Shown here: in pieces, positions 62,330-64,000 of the stretch
Layout of the letters: every line of letters begins with the position of its first letter
Position numbering within the stretch: position 1 is the stretch's first letter
DNA from: Mobula hypostoma
Lineage: Eukaryota
Reading direction: 5' to 3'
Length of the DNA stretch: 64,000 nt
Assembly: GCF_963921235.1 (NCBI RefSeq)
Contig: NC_086097.1
Span: 52,454,001 to 52,518,000 of the forward strand
The notes under the pieces: generated by a model
Database searches by the model: none
Told to the model about the DNA's origin: nothing
What the model saw: the letters and a program-made list of their open reading frames with translations, nothing else
Translations under genes and position numbers: made by a program

Positions 62330-62540
62330 AAGACACAGGAGATTCCGCAGATGCTGAAAATCTTGAACAACACACATAAAATTCTGGAGGAACTCAGCAA
62401 GTCAGACGCCTTCTAAGAATAAAAACAGTCAATGTTCTGGGTCCTGATGAAGGCTCCCGATCTGAAATATCGTCCGTGTATTCCCCTCCATAGATACTCC
62501 TGACTCACTGAGCTCCTCCAGCATTGTGTGTGTTGCTCAA
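62330..62540. mobile_element. Penelope-derived short inverted-repeat element
   Basis: Inverted Penelope-tail copies with degenerate GTCCTGATGAAGG..TGAAA. Confidence 0.55.
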
Positions 62541-62584
62541 ATTTGTCTAAGTAACAGAACGGGTGGGTGTGGCAGTGGGTGGTG

Positions 62585-64000
62585 TGTTATTATGTGTATA
62601 CATAATAAAAAACTTCACTTGCCAGTGGTTCACGGGAAACCAGAAGTGTCATTGGAGTGAAATGGGAGTACGTGCTTCAGTGTGGGGCTTGAAGCTATGA
62701 TTGTTAATAAATGTCCTAGCATTTGAAAACCCATTCAAAGTTTGTCTTTTATCAAGAAGAAACATAACAGAAGCTGGCATGAGGTCTGTACACAAAGCAT
62801 AAAAATACCGCGAGTGACTAAGAAAAAGGCACTAGGTTCCAACAGAGAGAAGCTGCTGGCAAGACAGCACACTGTTTTGAAGTTCACCAAGAGAGTGAGG
62901 TGAGAACCTAAATGTCCCCTCGATGGATAACCTAAGTCCTCGCACAGCTATGCAATTTATGGGTAATCTAGCTGATAACTGGAAATTCTTCAAACAGCGA
63001 TTCAATATATATTTAGCGGCCGAACAGAGCTGGCAGGGTGGAGGAAAAATTTGTAAGTGTCTGTCTTTCTACACATGATTGCTGAAGATGCATTGGACAT
63101 CTTCAACAGCTTTCAAATTGATGAGACAGACTTAAAATTGGACACTGTGATGACAAAATTTGAGGAGTACTTTGTCCCAAATTTGAGGAGTATAAACATC
63201 TTGTTTGAAAAATATAAATTCTTTTCCTGTGAACAGAAACACGGTGTTAGATTTGACCAATATTCAGCTGAGCTTCTCACACTGAGTAAGTCCTGAGAGT
63301 TTGGAGATTTGAGGGACTCACTGGTTAAAGACAGAATAGTCTGCGGAATCCCAGATAATGGGTTAGAAAAAGATTTGATACTGAAACAGGCAGTGGATAT
63401 GTGTAGGGCAGAGGAGACCACACAAGCACAAGCTAAAGAGCTGCACAGGGTGGAAACAACAGTGTATGCTGTGAAAACAGAGGGGCAGATCACAAGGTGT
63501 TTCACAAAGTAACCGCAAACCAAACAGATGGGCTCAAACAGCAAATCTGGAGGTAGGCACATCCAAAGACATGTCCTGCTTATGGAATGTCCTGTAATAA
63601 TTGTGGTAAGAAGAAACATTTTGCAAGGTACTGCAAAGCTAAGGCTACCAAGAGAAAGGTGCACATGGTTGCTGAGGAAACCTTCATAGATTCTCCACAG
63701 ACCGCTGGTGCTGGTAAAACAGAATCAATCATTCCAGTGACTGTGAATAAGATAGAAATTTCATTCAAACTTGACACTGGAGCCCAGGTAAATCTGTTAT
63801 CCATGGATGATTACAAGACTCTCAAAGTAAAGAACAAGATTTACCCAGTGAAGTTGAAAGTGACAGGCTATACTGGGGAGAACATTCCAGTATAGTGAAC
63901 TTCAAGCACAAGCGGCAGCACCCAAAGGCATGGCTACTGTTTGGTGAAAAGTGAGTACAGCCAATGTTAGGTCTGACTGCATGGTGGAAAGAGTTTTCAT
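62585..64000 (+). mobile_element. Degenerate Gypsy/Ty3 LTR retrotransposon, 5' part (LTR 62585-62769, gag, protease); runs off the window
   Basis: TGTTAT...ATAACA LTR; GNLADNWKFFKQRF gag, VKDRIVCGI, CCHC knuckle CNNCGKKKHFARYC, protease FKLDTGAQVNLL; stops and frameshifts. Confidence 0.85.

Overview
Eukaryotic, intron- and transposon-rich vertebrate DNA; the repeat complement (CR1 LINEs with ATAGAAAC-type tails, Penelope-like elements, V-SINE, Rex/Babar-like LINEs) suggests a cartilaginous fish, probably a ray (inference). The main content is the middle of one minus-strand gene with 19 intact exons between 600 and 45651. Each is 237-252 bp, phase 1-1, GT-AG flanked, and encodes one six-cysteine thyroglobulin type-1 (TY) domain (C..IPQC..QC..CWCV..C), about 1530 aa in total. 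From memory the domains most resemble nidogen-2 TY repeats, but no EGF, G2 or LY exons are visible, so the NID2 call is provisional. The array shows a ~1.96 kb two-exon tandem unit, a ~10.97 kb higher-order duplication, exon-limited homogenisation, a variable first loop and relics of lost exons. Introns hold nested CR1, Rex/Babar, L2, HERO-like, Penelope, Gypsy/LTR and Tc1/mariner elements. The Penelope repeats carry minimal hammerhead ribozyme motifs. A circularly permuted fragment of the ZFTRAF1/CYHR1 gene sits in an RTE-like insert inside a Gypsy element. All coordinates were read by eye and no database searches were run.
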